Source of the DNA: a virus
IMG/VR virus record: IMGVR_UViG_3300029605_000149
Coordinates: 7,564-71,563 of that record
Length of the DNA stretch: 64,000 nt
Strand: one strand, 5' to 3'
In this document: positions 38,863 through 48,234 of the stretch, piece after piece
Position numbering within the stretch: position 1 is the stretch's first letter
Layout: every line of letters starts with the position of its first letter
Position numbers and translations under genes: made by a program
The notes under the pieces: generated by a model
The model's database searches: none
Seen by the model: the letters and a program-made list of their open reading frames with translations, nothing else
What the model was told of the DNA's origin: nothing

Positions 38863-39774
38863 TTAAAACACCTTGATACGCATAGCTTTTGCCATTGCTA
38901 TTAAGCCCTCATAGGTGATGTTTCCGTTGTCAACGGCATTTCCAAAAACATTGCTTGCTCCTCTGATGCCCTGTTCAGACCTTGATACACCAAGCAAAAA
39001 GTTCACTGCTCGTTCGTCCGACTTAATCGCCGGGAACAGTAACTCAATGTCACTGCTCTTAATTGTCGAAGTGTGTCTTACTTCGGTAAGTTTTGTGCGA
39101 TTGCGAATCTGAGCAAAGGCTTCTTTGCTTTTACCCGTGTTTGTGACAGTTTCGATGTTGCCTACAAGGCAGATGCCGAGTAACGGGTTGCTGTCAAAAA
39201 ATGCTCTGATAGCCTCAATGGTCTTAATCGGCAGGTGCTGTGCCTCATCAATGATGAGCACCTTGCGTTCGCCTTCAAAGCTGTCTGCAAGCCTCAGCCA
39301 CATTTCATCCTTTCGCCCTGATGCCGTGATTTTCTGTGTTCTGCAAAGTAGTTTTAAAAATGCACTTAAAGTTACTAAACAGGGGTTTACGGACACATAA
39401 ATTGCTGTTGCAGGATAATCTTCGGCATACTTTTTGCACGCCATTGTTTTTCCTATGCCTGCATCGCCACACTCAATTGCAAGACCGCCCTTAAGATGAC
39501 ACAAGCGGATTGTATCATAAACCTCTGAGCTTATGCTTGTAGGCTTGTAGCTGTTAAGCACCTGAGCTGATTTGAGATTTTCTGCAGCGGCTTTGGTTTC
39601 AAATGTTTCAGTTAAAAACTTTTCAAAATCACTTAAATTACCGTTATAACGATTGTTCAAGTAGGTTGACAAAGTCGCTGCTGACTTTCCGAGAGCTTTT
39701 GCGGCTTTGGTTTGAGAGCCACATTCTTCAATAAAGTTCCTTAATTTCTCCTGTAATTCAGGGTTGGCTGACAT
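38863..39774 (-). CDS. MuB-like transposition ATPase (AAA+ with N-terminal HTH)
   Basis: HTH QTKAAKALGKSAATLSTYL; Walker A GDAGIGKT; Walker B LIIDEAQHL; directly downstream of transposase. Confidence 0.8.
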   Translation of the reverse strand: MSANPELQEKLRNFIEECGSQTKAAKALGKSAATLSTYLNNRYNGNLSDFEKFLTETFETKAAAENLKSAQVLNSYKPTSISSEVYDTIRLCHLKGGLAIECGDAGIGKTMACKKYAEDYPATAIYVSVNPCLVTLSAFLKLLCRTQKITASGRKDEMWLRLADSFEGERKVLIIDEAQHLPIKTIEAIRAFFDSNPLLGICLVGNIETVTNTGKSKEAFAQIRNRTKLTEVRHTSTIKSSDIELLFPAIKSDERAVNFLLGVSRSEQGIRGASNVFGNAVDNGNITYEGLIAMAKAMRIKVF

Positions 39775-39777
39775 TAT

Positions 39778-41736
39778 TTATTCCTCCTTCTGTCGTTGTT
39801 CAAGATTTCTTATCATTTTTGCCTTATCTATCGTTACGATATTCGACTGACCAACTGCCATAGGCAACTGCTCTGCCGTTTCATCGGCACGGTGTACTGA
39901 TATAACCTTCGGATTGATTTCTTCGGCATTTGCTTTGTTTTCCTCAGCGGTTGCAAGCACAAGATTGAGTGCTGTTTCTTTGCCAAATGCTGTAATCTGA
40001 CTTGCCTTGAGTTCCTGTTTGGTGAGCTTTTCAAGGCTCTTAACTTTACGGAGTGCCTGAGCAACTGCATCTTTAGATGCTCCGTAGGCAAGGACTGCTT
40101 CATTGTCTGTTGGAGCGGTCATTATGTAGTTATCATCAAGGTCATATATTCTTACGGTTGATATATCTTCCGGGTCATATCGACAGTAAACCGATTCTCC
40201 AAAATGATTTAAAATAAGGTCATCATTGTAGTAATCAATTTTCTCGCATGCAACAGTAAGATGTACTCCACGCCTGCCGACTTTCTGACTTCTTGTGCTT
40301 CTCATTAACATTAAGTTAAGGTCAAGTTCTGCGGCGACTCGTTTTTCTTTAAGTTGTTCTCTGTAAACCTGCATTCGGCTTTTACCGCTGTCTGAGCTTA
40401 CCGCTCCGCTATATGGTTTTTCATTCATATAGTAGGTTAAAATGTCCTCAACTGCCTGAGTGAATTCATAATCCGTGGGTATGTTGTCGGTGTCCTTGAT
40501 TACCTTTTTAAGTCGTTCCGGTCGTTCGACTACATTACCGCCTGTATAAGTCGGAAACAGTCTTGAAAGTCGGTCTTTAACATCTCGAAATCGTCTTTCA
40601 ATGATCTTTGCCTTCGCATTTCGTACGATAGCATTTGTCATTTTTATGCCGAGTCTTTCAAACACAGGAGGTGGAGCAAATTTATCTTTTGTACTCTTCT
40701 TTTGCCTGTGACCTAAACCACCTACGTCGAAGGTAAGAAACTCACGACCATTATCAACATAAATGTTCTGCGGTATGCCGTATTTTACAATACCTTTCCT
40801 CAAGGCAATCAGTGTAGCTTGCGATGACGGTGCGTCTGTTACATAACACCCGGTGAATATTCCGCTGCGAGCGTCAAAAAATGCTGTGAGATAAAGCCTG
40901 TGCAGGTTACCTTTTTCACCTTTTGTCTGTACGTCAAAAGTATGATTGTCGGCAATCCACCATTCATTACTTACCATATCTTCATAGGTACGTCTGATAT
41001 ACGGAGCACACCTGTCCCTAAAGGCTTTCATACCTTGCCGTCCCATAATTTCAACAGGCTTAGGTATTGCCGTTTGTACTTTCCTGTAAAACGATGCATA
41101 AGCAGGGAGAGGTAACAGCTGTGGAGCTTCTCGCTTAATCCACATTTCGGTGTATTCATAGCACGCCTGTATAGGGTGCTGTGCCTCATCAAGATAAAAA
41201 CTTAAAAAGCATTGCCACACTTCTTCAGGAATTGACGATGTACCTTTTTTCCAACTTCCACGATTGTCAAGCAGTCCTGCAAGATCATCGGCTTTTAAAG
41301 CCTTTTTTTTCCGGTACAAAATTCCCTTCGATATGTTAAGGTCGGGATTAGCGACCTTTTGCAGTTGTACAAATTTTTCGGTTGCAGGTACTTTCTGTAA
41401 CTTTGATGTTGCACAATACTCATCCCAAGCATTAAGTATCCTTATCCATTCGGCAATCTCTTCACGCTGTACCGCCGAAAATTCATCAAATTCCTTGTGG
41501 GGTCGCTCCGTCTTGCGTTCGGGGAGCAAATCCTCAGGAATTGCTATTGCGTGCGATTTGTAGTATTTAAGCTGTTCCGAGTGGGATAGTTCATTTAAAG
41601 GTATCAAATATTTTTTGCGGTTGTTTTGGTTTATTGTTTCATCACCCTGAAGACTTCCATTGTTTATGAGCATTTTTACATATCGTTCAGAGCAACCTTT
41701 TATCCCAGCAACTTCCTTTGCCGTTAGATAAATCAA
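39778..41736 (-). CDS. MuA-like DDE transposase (rve/Mu transposase family)
   Basis: N-terminal HTH; catalytic triad candidates in WWIADNHTFD, IYVDNGREF and KIIERRFRD; 652 aa. Confidence 0.85.
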   Translation of the reverse strand: MIYLTAKEVAGIKGCSERYVKMLINNGSLQGDETINQNNRKKYLIPLNELSHSEQLKYYKSHAIAIPEDLLPERKTERPHKEFDEFSAVQREEIAEWIRILNAWDEYCATSKLQKVPATEKFVQLQKVANPDLNISKGILYRKKKALKADDLAGLLDNRGSWKKGTSSIPEEVWQCFLSFYLDEAQHPIQACYEYTEMWIKREAPQLLPLPAYASFYRKVQTAIPKPVEIMGRQGMKAFRDRCAPYIRRTYEDMVSNEWWIADNHTFDVQTKGEKGNLHRLYLTAFFDARSGIFTGCYVTDAPSSQATLIALRKGIVKYGIPQNIYVDNGREFLTFDVGGLGHRQKKSTKDKFAPPPVFERLGIKMTNAIVRNAKAKIIERRFRDVKDRLSRLFPTYTGGNVVERPERLKKVIKDTDNIPTDYEFTQAVEDILTYYMNEKPYSGAVSSDSGKSRMQVYREQLKEKRVAAELDLNLMLMRSTRSQKVGRRGVHLTVACEKIDYYNDDLILNHFGESVYCRYDPEDISTVRIYDLDDNYIMTAPTDNEAVLAYGASKDAVAQALRKVKSLEKLTKQELKASQITAFGKETALNLVLATAEENKANAEEINPKVISVHRADETAEQLPMAVGQSNIVTIDKAKMIRNLEQRQKEE

Positions 41737-41814
41737 AAAATCACATCCTTTTGACCTGCCATCATCAGAGCAGGGAGGTCATTTCCTGCTGACCGCCTTG
41801 CGGCGGTTTCGGCT

Positions 41815-42060
41815 TTAACTGAGTTGAGCGGCCGGATTGTTAATACCATTTCTCACTAAAATAGTATTAAGTTCTGAAAACTCATCCCAAGTAATTGCTT
41901 TCAGCTTATAAGCCATTTCGGCTTTTCCATATGTTTGGTATGTTAAGTTAAGAGAATGACTGTTCAAAGCGTATCTCGCTTCTCTGTGTAGTTTTTCTAA
42001 AATGTCACTCATAATTATCCTCCTTGATTTTTTTGATAGAATTATTGAAGCTAAATTCAA
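41815..42060 (-). CDS. hypothetical early protein
   Basis: 81-aa ORF. Confidence 0.4.
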   Translation of the reverse strand: MNLASIILSKKSRRIIMSDILEKLHREARYALNSHSLNLTYQTYGKAEMAYKLKAITWDEFSELNTILVRNGINNPAAQLS

Positions 42061-42509
42061 CCTCTATATTCAGGACTATAAAAACGATGATATAACTCAA
42101 ACTCTTCTACAAGTGAATTATCAATATACACTTTTGCTTTATGTTTGTAGATAACCACACTTGCAATTTCTCCGATATGGTAAAGTGCCAAATCCGGAAG
42201 ATAATACTTTTTTCCGTTGATGTGCAAACCGTATCTTGATACCCTTTGTTTTAATACCGTAGGTTTTACTATACCTAATATTTTCGTCCGCTGATTTTTC
42301 ACTTTGATATCAGCGGATTTTTTTAGTTTTACAACTTCGTCAGGTGATAATCCTGTTTCCTCGTATTCGCAAAGTTTTTGCAGTACTTCTCGTGTCTGAC
42401 CTACCGACAATTCAGCCGGAATGAGATGTTTGCTTTCTTCTCCAACATAAACAGTAGTTTGACACAGCTTTTTTGTTAATCTGTCCATAAGTCCTCCTTG
42501 ATGTGACAT
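42057..42509 (-). CDS. hypothetical early protein
   Basis: 150-aa ORF. Confidence 0.4.
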   Translation of the reverse strand: MSHQGGLMDRLTKKLCQTTVYVGEESKHLIPAELSVGQTREVLQKLCEYEETGLSPDEVVKLKKSADIKVKNQRTKILGIVKPTVLKQRVSRYGLHINGKKYYLPDLALYHIGEIASVVIYKHKAKVYIDNSLVEEFELYHRFYSPEYRG

Positions 42510-42651
42510 TCCTTATTTGTGTAGTGCGTACATTCTTCAACTGTGCAATCTCGTGGCTGTCCCGTATCAAGAATGTAATAACAAATCGAATAGCCTTTGT
42601 TGTTACTATGGTTTAATGGTCTGCGGTGTCCGCACCCTTTACAGCGAGGGT

Positions 42652-42861
42652 TCACTTTATTACACAAAATGCTCTCTCCATAAATTCTTTGGCAGCGGCA
42701 TTTCTGCTTGCAAAGTAACTGCCGCTGTAAGGATCTCCGTCGCTGTCCAGCCACCACACAACCCACGGTTCAACTGCATTTGGATTGTGAGCCATTACAA
42801 CACGATTGTTTATGTTTCCGATTATTTCATACCTGTTAATTGTTTTGCCTATCATAATCAA
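42652..42861 (-). CDS. hypothetical small protein
   Basis: 69-aa ORF coupled to ner-like gene; overlaps an alternative Cys-rich ORF (42476-42766). Confidence 0.3.
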   Translation of the reverse strand: MIMIGKTINRYEIIGNINNRVVMAHNPNAVEPWVVWWLDSDGDPYSGSYFASRNAAAKEFMERAFCVIK

Positions 42862-43085
42862 TCTCCTTTTCTTGCAAAATTTATTTCCTTATCTACCAGT
42901 GTGTTTACTGATACCTTTAATGCTTTAGAAAGACCATATAAAATAGCGATGTTCATATTCTTTTGTCTTTGTCCCTGTTCAATAAGATTGTAGTAACTCT
43001 CAGATATTCCCATACTTTTAGATATATCTAATTGAGTTAGCCCCTTTTTATTTCTCAAATCAATGAGATAAACACGCTTTTTCAT
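42858..43085 (-). CDS. Ner/Cro-like XRE HTH regulator, first gene of early operon
   Basis: KGLTQLDISKSMGISESYYNLIEQG HTH; divergent from repressor. Confidence 0.7.
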   Translation of the reverse strand: MKKRVYLIDLRNKKGLTQLDISKSMGISESYYNLIEQGQRQKNMNIAILYGLSKALKVSVNTLVDKEINFARKGD

Positions 43086-43238
43086 TTAATCACCGTCCTT
43101 AACTTTGCATATTGTCAAGTTTCAAGTATATAATACGCCTTTATTTACTATTTGTCAAGTTTTTTCTTGACATTTTGCAAAGTTTAATTTACTTTACTAA
43201 TAGTAAAGTTTATAATAATAACAATAGGGGCTGAGCTT
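43086..43238. promoter_or_regulatory. divergent early/repressor control region with operator-like repeats
   Basis: TTGTCAAGTTT twice (43117, 43153), partial inverted copy CTTGACA, TTGACA -35, and 19-bp perfect palindrome ACTTTACTA-A-TAGTAAAGT at about 43188-43206. Confidence 0.5.
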
Positions 43239-44177
43239 ATGACTAAACTAAAAGAATTACGAAAAGAACACAAATTATCAATGAAAGAATTAGGAAAAAT
43301 TCTCGGTCTTTCTGAAAGTACCATTTCTCTTTATGAGGCAGGAAAAAGAGAACCGGATATAAAAACACTTATAAAAATGGCTGATTATTTTAAAGTGAGT
43401 GTTGATGTCCTAATTGGCAGAAATGAAACAAACGAAGATGACATACTTGATACCGAACACGGAGAAGGGACTCTTGACGGTCATAGTTTATGTATGTTTA
43501 ATTTTGAAAAGATGTGTAAAGAACTGGATGAACATAGCTTAGACATAATTCATTCTGTTTTATATGCTTTAAGAAGGATTCAATATAATGATGCCTTGTT
43601 TGCTAAAGATAAACAGTATGTATTTACTGCGGTAACTGAGCTTATAGGAAGAATTGAAAGATATGTTGATGATTTCCGCACAGCAATGGATTCCAAAATG
43701 ATATTTGATTATAGTTACCATAATAAGAGGTTTATTAACGGTGAAGTTGCCGTGTTAAAAAGAGTTGTGAGCCTTATTACACCTGAGCAAAAGCCGATTG
43801 TTGAAGGTACAATTGTAATTCCCTTTTATGAAACTCCGGTTTCAGCAGGCACTGGTTCATGGCTTGGTGATGATATTGTAGCCGAATGGCTTACTGTCCC
43901 ACGAAATGATCTGACCACTTCGGCTGATTTTGCGTTAAAAATATCAGGTGATAGTATGCAACCGAAGTTTTCAAACGGTGAAACTGTGCTTGTAAAACAA
44001 ACATCAAGTGTATTTGAAGGTGAAATCGGGGTTTTCGTACTTAACGGTGAATCGTATATTAAAAAATTAGGAAAAAAGGAGCTTGTTTCACTTAATCCAG
44101 CCTATAAGCCTATACCTTTACACGGATTTGATGATGTTCGTTGTGTAGGTAAGGTGCTTGGTGCACTTAATATGTAA
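43239..44177 (+). CDS. CI/LexA-like phage repressor (XRE HTH plus S24 peptidase)
   Basis: N-terminal LSMKELGKILGLSESTISLYEAG HTH; C-terminal GDSMQPKF Ser and downstream Lys of S24 self-cleavage dyad. Confidence 0.85.
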   Translation: MTKLKELRKEHKLSMKELGKILGLSESTISLYEAGKREPDIKTLIKMADYFKVSVDVLIGRNETNEDDILDTEHGEGTLDGHSLCMFNFEKMCKELDEHSLDIIHSVLYALRRIQYNDALFAKDKQYVFTAVTELIGRIERYVDDFRTAMDSKMIFDYSYHNKRFINGEVAVLKRVVSLITPEQKPIVEGTIVIPFYETPVSAGTGSWLGDDIVAEWLTVPRNDLTTSADFALKISGDSMQPKFSNGETVLVKQTSSVFEGEIGVFVLNGESYIKKLGKKELVSLNPAYKPIPLHGFDDVRCVGKVLGALNM

Positions 44178-44417
44178 AAATATTCATTTAATTGTATTTT
44201 TTTACATAACTCAACTTGTCTGATTTTTTCAACATTAAAAAGGTCAATATGTTAAAAGTATAGATTTCATCGGAATAGGAAGTCACTTCCCTTTAAAATT
44301 AAAATACTTCCTATTGTTTAAATGTTTTAATCGTATAGATAAAAGTATATTAAAATCCTATTTATGCCGATTTAAAGCCCTTTTAAACACTTTTAAAAGG
44401 TTATTTTTAAAAAATTA

Positions 44418-44462
44418 AAGCCGAGCAGATTCACAATTTTTTCGTGATTTGCTCGGCTTTTT
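44418..44462 (+). terminator. stem-loop AAGCCGAGCA...TGCTCGGCTT followed by T-run
   Basis: 10-bp perfect stem read in sequence, T5 after. Confidence 0.5.
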
Positions 44463-44464
44463 CG

Positions 44465-44486
44465 TTTTCGCACTAAATAAAAAAAC
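44465..44486 (+). repeat. third copy of the 22-bp end repeat (TTTTCGCACTAAATAAAAAAAC), inverted relative to this terminus
   Basis: Near-identical to copies at 12606-12649. Confidence 0.5.
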
Positions 44487-44611
44487 AAGCTGTTTTTTCA
44501 AAGTGTAATTTCTTTTTACACCTAAAAAACGGCTTGTTTTCTACATTTTCAGATTTTTAACTTTTTTTAACGGCTTTTTACGGTTTTTCCTATTCTCTCC
44601 GAAAACTTACA

Positions 44612-44616
44612 GTGTT
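44612..44616. repeat. target-site duplication GTGTT (right copy)
   Basis: Matches 12595-12599. Confidence 0.6.
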
Positions 44617-45139
44617 TAAAGCACAGGTATTCTCAGCGTTATCGCTCTGTTGGGCAAATGCCGTAAAGGTGGGTACTATAACAAATAAAATGGTTAACAG
44701 CGGTCAAATTGACCTTATAGATGCGAAACACTTTTTGCTATTGATTGATGAGTCGCACAGAACAATTAACCGTAAAAATCCTCAAGCTGTTGAACAGGTG
44801 CTTAACTATGTACGACAGGGCAGAAAATTTTACGCTGGGCTTGGATTTGCCTCTCAGGACATAAACGACTTTATTCCAGCAGGAGTTAATGCTGACTCTC
44901 AGCAAATGATAAATACACTCTTTGCACAGTGTCAGTATAAATTCCTTCTTAAACAAGATAGTAAAGCATTGCCGAGCATAGACAGTGCTTTCGGCGGAAG
45001 TCTCACACAATCTGAACTTGCTATGATTCCGACTCTAAATCGAGGCGAAGTTATACTGAATATTTCAGGTGATAAAAATGTTGCGTTTAAAGTTGAGGCA
45101 AGCGACGATGAACTGGCTGTGTTTGGCGGTGGTACATAA
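44612..45139 (+). CDS. VirB4/TrbE-family ATPase C-terminal fragment (separated from N-terminal part by prophage)
   Basis: Walker B HFLLLIDESH, GRKFYAGLGFASQ; in phase with 10576-12599 when 12600-44616 is removed. Confidence 0.75.
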   Translation: MFKAQVFSALSLCWANAVKVGTITNKMVNSGQIDLIDAKHFLLLIDESHRTINRKNPQAVEQVLNYVRQGRKFYAGLGFASQDINDFIPAGVNADSQQMINTLFAQCQYKFLLKQDSKALPSIDSAFGGSLTQSELAMIPTLNRGEVILNISGDKNVAFKVEASDDELAVFGGGT

Positions 45140-45151
45140 TAGGAGGATGTT

Positions 45152-46402
45152 ATGGATGACTATAATGATGCGGAACAATTAGCAGGTGTTGGTGGTTCTG
45201 CTTTAAGAGGTGCCGGGAAAATAGCAAATGCGGCAACAAGACGATTGCGGGAAAAGGCTATTAAAAAGGCGAAAAAGGAAAGTGCCGCTGCAATCAGAAA
45301 AGTTGCACATTTGGTTAAAATGGTTATAGCAGGTCTTATATCAATTTTAGGTCCTATCGGAATTATTGTGCTGAGTTTCGTAGTCATCATTTTTATGGCG
45401 TTTGGTGCGACAGCCGGAAGCAGTTCGAGTGCAAACGGAGTTTCTGTAGGCGGATCATCTCAATTTGTTCCACGATTAACCGCACCATCCACAAGCAGCA
45501 GATACTATTACAGTACAGATAATCCGTTTTATCCGGCATACGGTATGCCAAACTGTACGGCATATGCCTTCGGTAGAATTTACGAACTTAACGGTTCAAG
45601 ACCTAACCTATGCACAGGTAATGCAGAAATGTGGTATGACTATAACAAAAGCCATAACTATTACCCATACGGAAGCACGCCAAAACTTGGTGCTGTTGCA
45701 GTTTGGGTTCATCCGGGCGGAGGTCATGTTGCGGTTGTCGAAAAAATTGAAAACAATACAGTTACATATTCTAACTCAGCGTATAACGGTACTAATTTTT
45801 ATCTTAGTACTGCACCATTATCCGATCCGGGCAATGTTGGAGCAACTGATTGGACTTTACAGGGATATATATACGCATATACACCGCCTATCAGCAATAC
45901 AAGTTCCGGAATTGTTAATAATCTTTCTGCACCTCAGTTTGAAAGACAATTTGCCACATTTTTTGAAGCTAAGGGATTTAATAAGGCAATGATTTGTGGA
46001 ATGCTCGGTAATATTTTTAGGGAAACCAGCTATTTGCCTTCAAACTATTTTGCGGGCTATGTGCCTGATGCGTTTGGAGCAGTCGGAAATTCCGGTGGCA
46101 TATGCATGTGGTACGGAGATAACTGTACAAGATTTAAGCGAGACTGTCCGAATTGGGGAGTTGATGTAACTGCTCAGTTTGAGTATCTATATCAAACACT
46201 AATTAAAGACGGACAGGGAAGTTACAATGACAAATATTACTATTGGTGTACAGGATGTTTGTCAAGAATGCAAGCTGTTCCAAACACGAAAGACGGAGCT
46301 AGACAGGCGGCACGGATATTTCACGATTATTACGAACGGTCGGCAACCGGATCAGCAGACAGAATGGAATTTGCCGCAACGACTTGGGATAATTTAAGCT
46401 GA
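45152..46402 (+). CDS. CHAP-domain peptidoglycan hydrolase (VirB1-like lytic factor of T4SS)
   Basis: N-terminal TM; NCTAYAFGR (Cys) ... GGGHVAVV (His) CHAP signature; second C-terminal domain. Confidence 0.7.
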   Translation: MDDYNDAEQLAGVGGSALRGAGKIANAATRRLREKAIKKAKKESAAAIRKVAHLVKMVIAGLISILGPIGIIVLSFVVIIFMAFGATAGSSSSANGVSVGGSSQFVPRLTAPSTSSRYYYSTDNPFYPAYGMPNCTAYAFGRIYELNGSRPNLCTGNAEMWYDYNKSHNYYPYGSTPKLGAVAVWVHPGGGHVAVVEKIENNTVTYSNSAYNGTNFYLSTAPLSDPGNVGATDWTLQGYIYAYTPPISNTSSGIVNNLSAPQFERQFATFFEAKGFNKAMICGMLGNIFRETSYLPSNYFAGYVPDAFGAVGNSGGICMWYGDNCTRFKRDCPNWGVDVTAQFEYLYQTLIKDGQGSYNDKYYYWCTGCLSRMQAVPNTKDGARQAARIFHDYYERSATGSADRMEFAATTWDNLS

Positions 46403-46424
46403 GTTATTTTTTAAGGAGCCAAAA

Positions 46425-47048
46425 ATGAAAGAACGAATCAGAGAAAATATTACAAATCCGATTATAGTTATATTGCTGATAGCTTTTGCTGTCAGCGGTG
46501 TAATTATATATGGCATATCAAGTAATATGGCAGAGCAAAAATCTGAGATTGTCAATAGCCTTGATATATCAAGCGTATCAAGAGATAAAGACGGCAAACT
46601 TATTGTCAAACTGACCGATTATGAAGCAAGTCAGGATGAAGCCTATAAAAAGGCGGAAATGACTTTGCAAAAAGCGGCAAACGGCGAAACAGAGAATACA
46701 GATAAGATTAAGAACTATTTTGAATCAAGATATAACTATGAAGGTAAAGAAAAAGATAATCTTGATTCAATAGTGAAATCCATTGAAAAGGATTGTTCTT
46801 CTGATTTCCTTGATAACATTAGATCTGATATTGAAAAATCAAATAGCGATGGAAGTAAATGCGAAATAAAGCGTATTTATGTTACCGGAACGGATATTAA
46901 GGAGTTGAATGCTTACTCGACCAATATCTATTACATTTTTGATGTACAAATCAATGACACAGAAAGCTTGTATAAAATTACAATGGTAGTGTCAGGCGGT
47001 ACTTGGGTGATAGATAAAGCAGAGAAAATATCCGATTTGGAGGATTGA
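46425..47048 (+). CDS. membrane-anchored hypothetical protein
   Basis: N-terminal TM helix. Confidence 0.4.
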   Translation: MKERIRENITNPIIVILLIAFAVSGVIIYGISSNMAEQKSEIVNSLDISSVSRDKDGKLIVKLTDYEASQDEAYKKAEMTLQKAANGETENTDKIKNYFESRYNYEGKEKDNLDSIVKSIEKDCSSDFLDNIRSDIEKSNSDGSKCEIKRIYVTGTDIKELNAYSTNIYYIFDVQINDTESLYKITMVVSGGTWVIDKAEKISDLED

Positions 47049-47680
47049 TTATGAGAGAAAGATTTGAAAAATTGCACGATATTCTGTACGCACATTATAA
47101 CGGTGTTTTGATTACATTATTAGCTTGTGTTATGGTAATTGGCACGGCAATTGTAATCACTATACAGCCTATGCAAACATTAATATCCTGTCAAAACATC
47201 ATAAATGAAGTTGGAGAGGATAAAGTTGCCGGTTATCAAAAATCAACAGGTCCTTCTGATTTATTTGATAATCAAAAAGAAACGACCTATAAGGACACAA
47301 ATGAGTATAAAGAAAAACAGTCTGAAATTGATTGGATGAACAAAAGAATAAGTGAAATTGATAACCACCTTATGACAACACTTACTCGTGCAGTTTCTGA
47401 TTTTGCAGACGCATATACAAGCTATTCTCTTGTACAGAATCCGGCTAACAAGGAAGCACTAAGTCAATATACTACCGATGATTTTTATAAAGATTTATGC
47501 GACAGAAAAGTAAAAAAAGATAATTACTTAGCTTATAATTGTTGGTTTGCTGATTTTGACAAAGACACGGTACATATATTTTGCGAGACAAGAGACGGTT
47601 TGAGCTATACGGTATCTCTCGTCGAAACAGATACAACCGGTTGGAGAGTTAACGGGTTTGACATTTTAGACAAAGATTAA
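47045..47680 (+). CDS. membrane-anchored hypothetical protein
   Basis: N-terminal TM helix. Confidence 0.4.
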   Translation: MIMRERFEKLHDILYAHYNGVLITLLACVMVIGTAIVITIQPMQTLISCQNIINEVGEDKVAGYQKSTGPSDLFDNQKETTYKDTNEYKEKQSEIDWMNKRISEIDNHLMTTLTRAVSDFADAYTSYSLVQNPANKEALSQYTTDDFYKDLCDRKVKKDNYLAYNCWFADFDKDTVHIFCETRDGLSYTVSLVETDTTGWRVNGFDILDKD

Positions 47681-47691
47681 GGAGAAAAAAT

Positions 47692-48234
47692 ATGTTTAAA
47701 AACTTATTTAAGAATACGGTTGAAAATTCTTTCGTAAAAAATGAAAATCATACATTTGAGAGCGAAAATGACATCGAAAAATACAATAACAGAGGTCATT
47801 ATAACAACAATTACAAAAGCAATCGGCAAAATCAAAACCCCGAAAAAGATAATAAAAACTGTTATGACGGCGTTGATGAGAGTAACAACGGTGGAAAGAA
47901 GGTTAAAAAAGAGCCGTATTATCTCAAAATGTATATCAACAACATTAACTACAGCAAAGAAGCAAAAGCTGTTATGAATCCTGTGTTAGTTGAAGTTCTG
48001 TACAGGGTTGAGCCGACAACAGAGGACGGCAAAGGTCAGATTATTGACTTAAACGATAATGTAAAAAGCGAAATTGCCCAAAGCCTCAGAATCTCTGTAA
48101 GACAGGTCAAAGAACAGATTAGTAATTTAGTTGAAAGCGGTATTCTGCTATACAGTCAGAAGCAGATATATAAGCTTAATTATCGCTATTTTGCTAAGGG
48201 GTATTTTTATCGTTGGCGGAGGTATGATGAGTAA
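47692..48234 (+). CDS. hypothetical basic protein with C-terminal HTH-like segment
   Basis: 180 aa, Asn-rich, AQSLRISVRQVKEQISNL HTH-like. Confidence 0.35.
   Translation: MFKNLFKNTVENSFVKNENHTFESENDIEKYNNRGHYNNNYKSNRQNQNPEKDNKNCYDGVDESNNGGKKVKKEPYYLKMYINNINYSKEAKAVMNPVLVEVLYRVEPTTEDGKGQIIDLNDNVKSEIAQSLRISVRQVKEQISNLVESGILLYSQKQIYKLNYRYFAKGYFYRWRRYDE

Larger units (their letters stand above)
12600..44611. mobile_element. Mu-like transposable prophage (siphovirus-type structural module), 32,012 bp, phage map runs high to low coordinate
   Basis: MuA-like DDE transposase and MuB-like ATPase, Mor, gp27-like TerS, MuF; termini 5'-TG...CA-3'; 5-bp TSD; interrupts a VirB4 ORF that is contiguous when the element is removed. 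Confidence 0.8.

Noticed and set aside
42476-42766. Cys-rich 96-aa ORF overlapping 42652-42861 and 42057-42509
   Set aside because: It overlaps two better-placed ORFs, so it cannot be confirmed from sequence alone.
12606-44486. The direct 22-bp repeats at both ends as an att core of a site-specific integrase
   Set aside because: No tyrosine or serine integrase lies inside the element. The boundaries show TG/CA termini plus a 5-bp duplication, and a DDE transposase with a MuB partner is present. The only tyrosine recombinase (58776-59861) sits 14 kb away next to parAB and looks like a plasmid resolvase.
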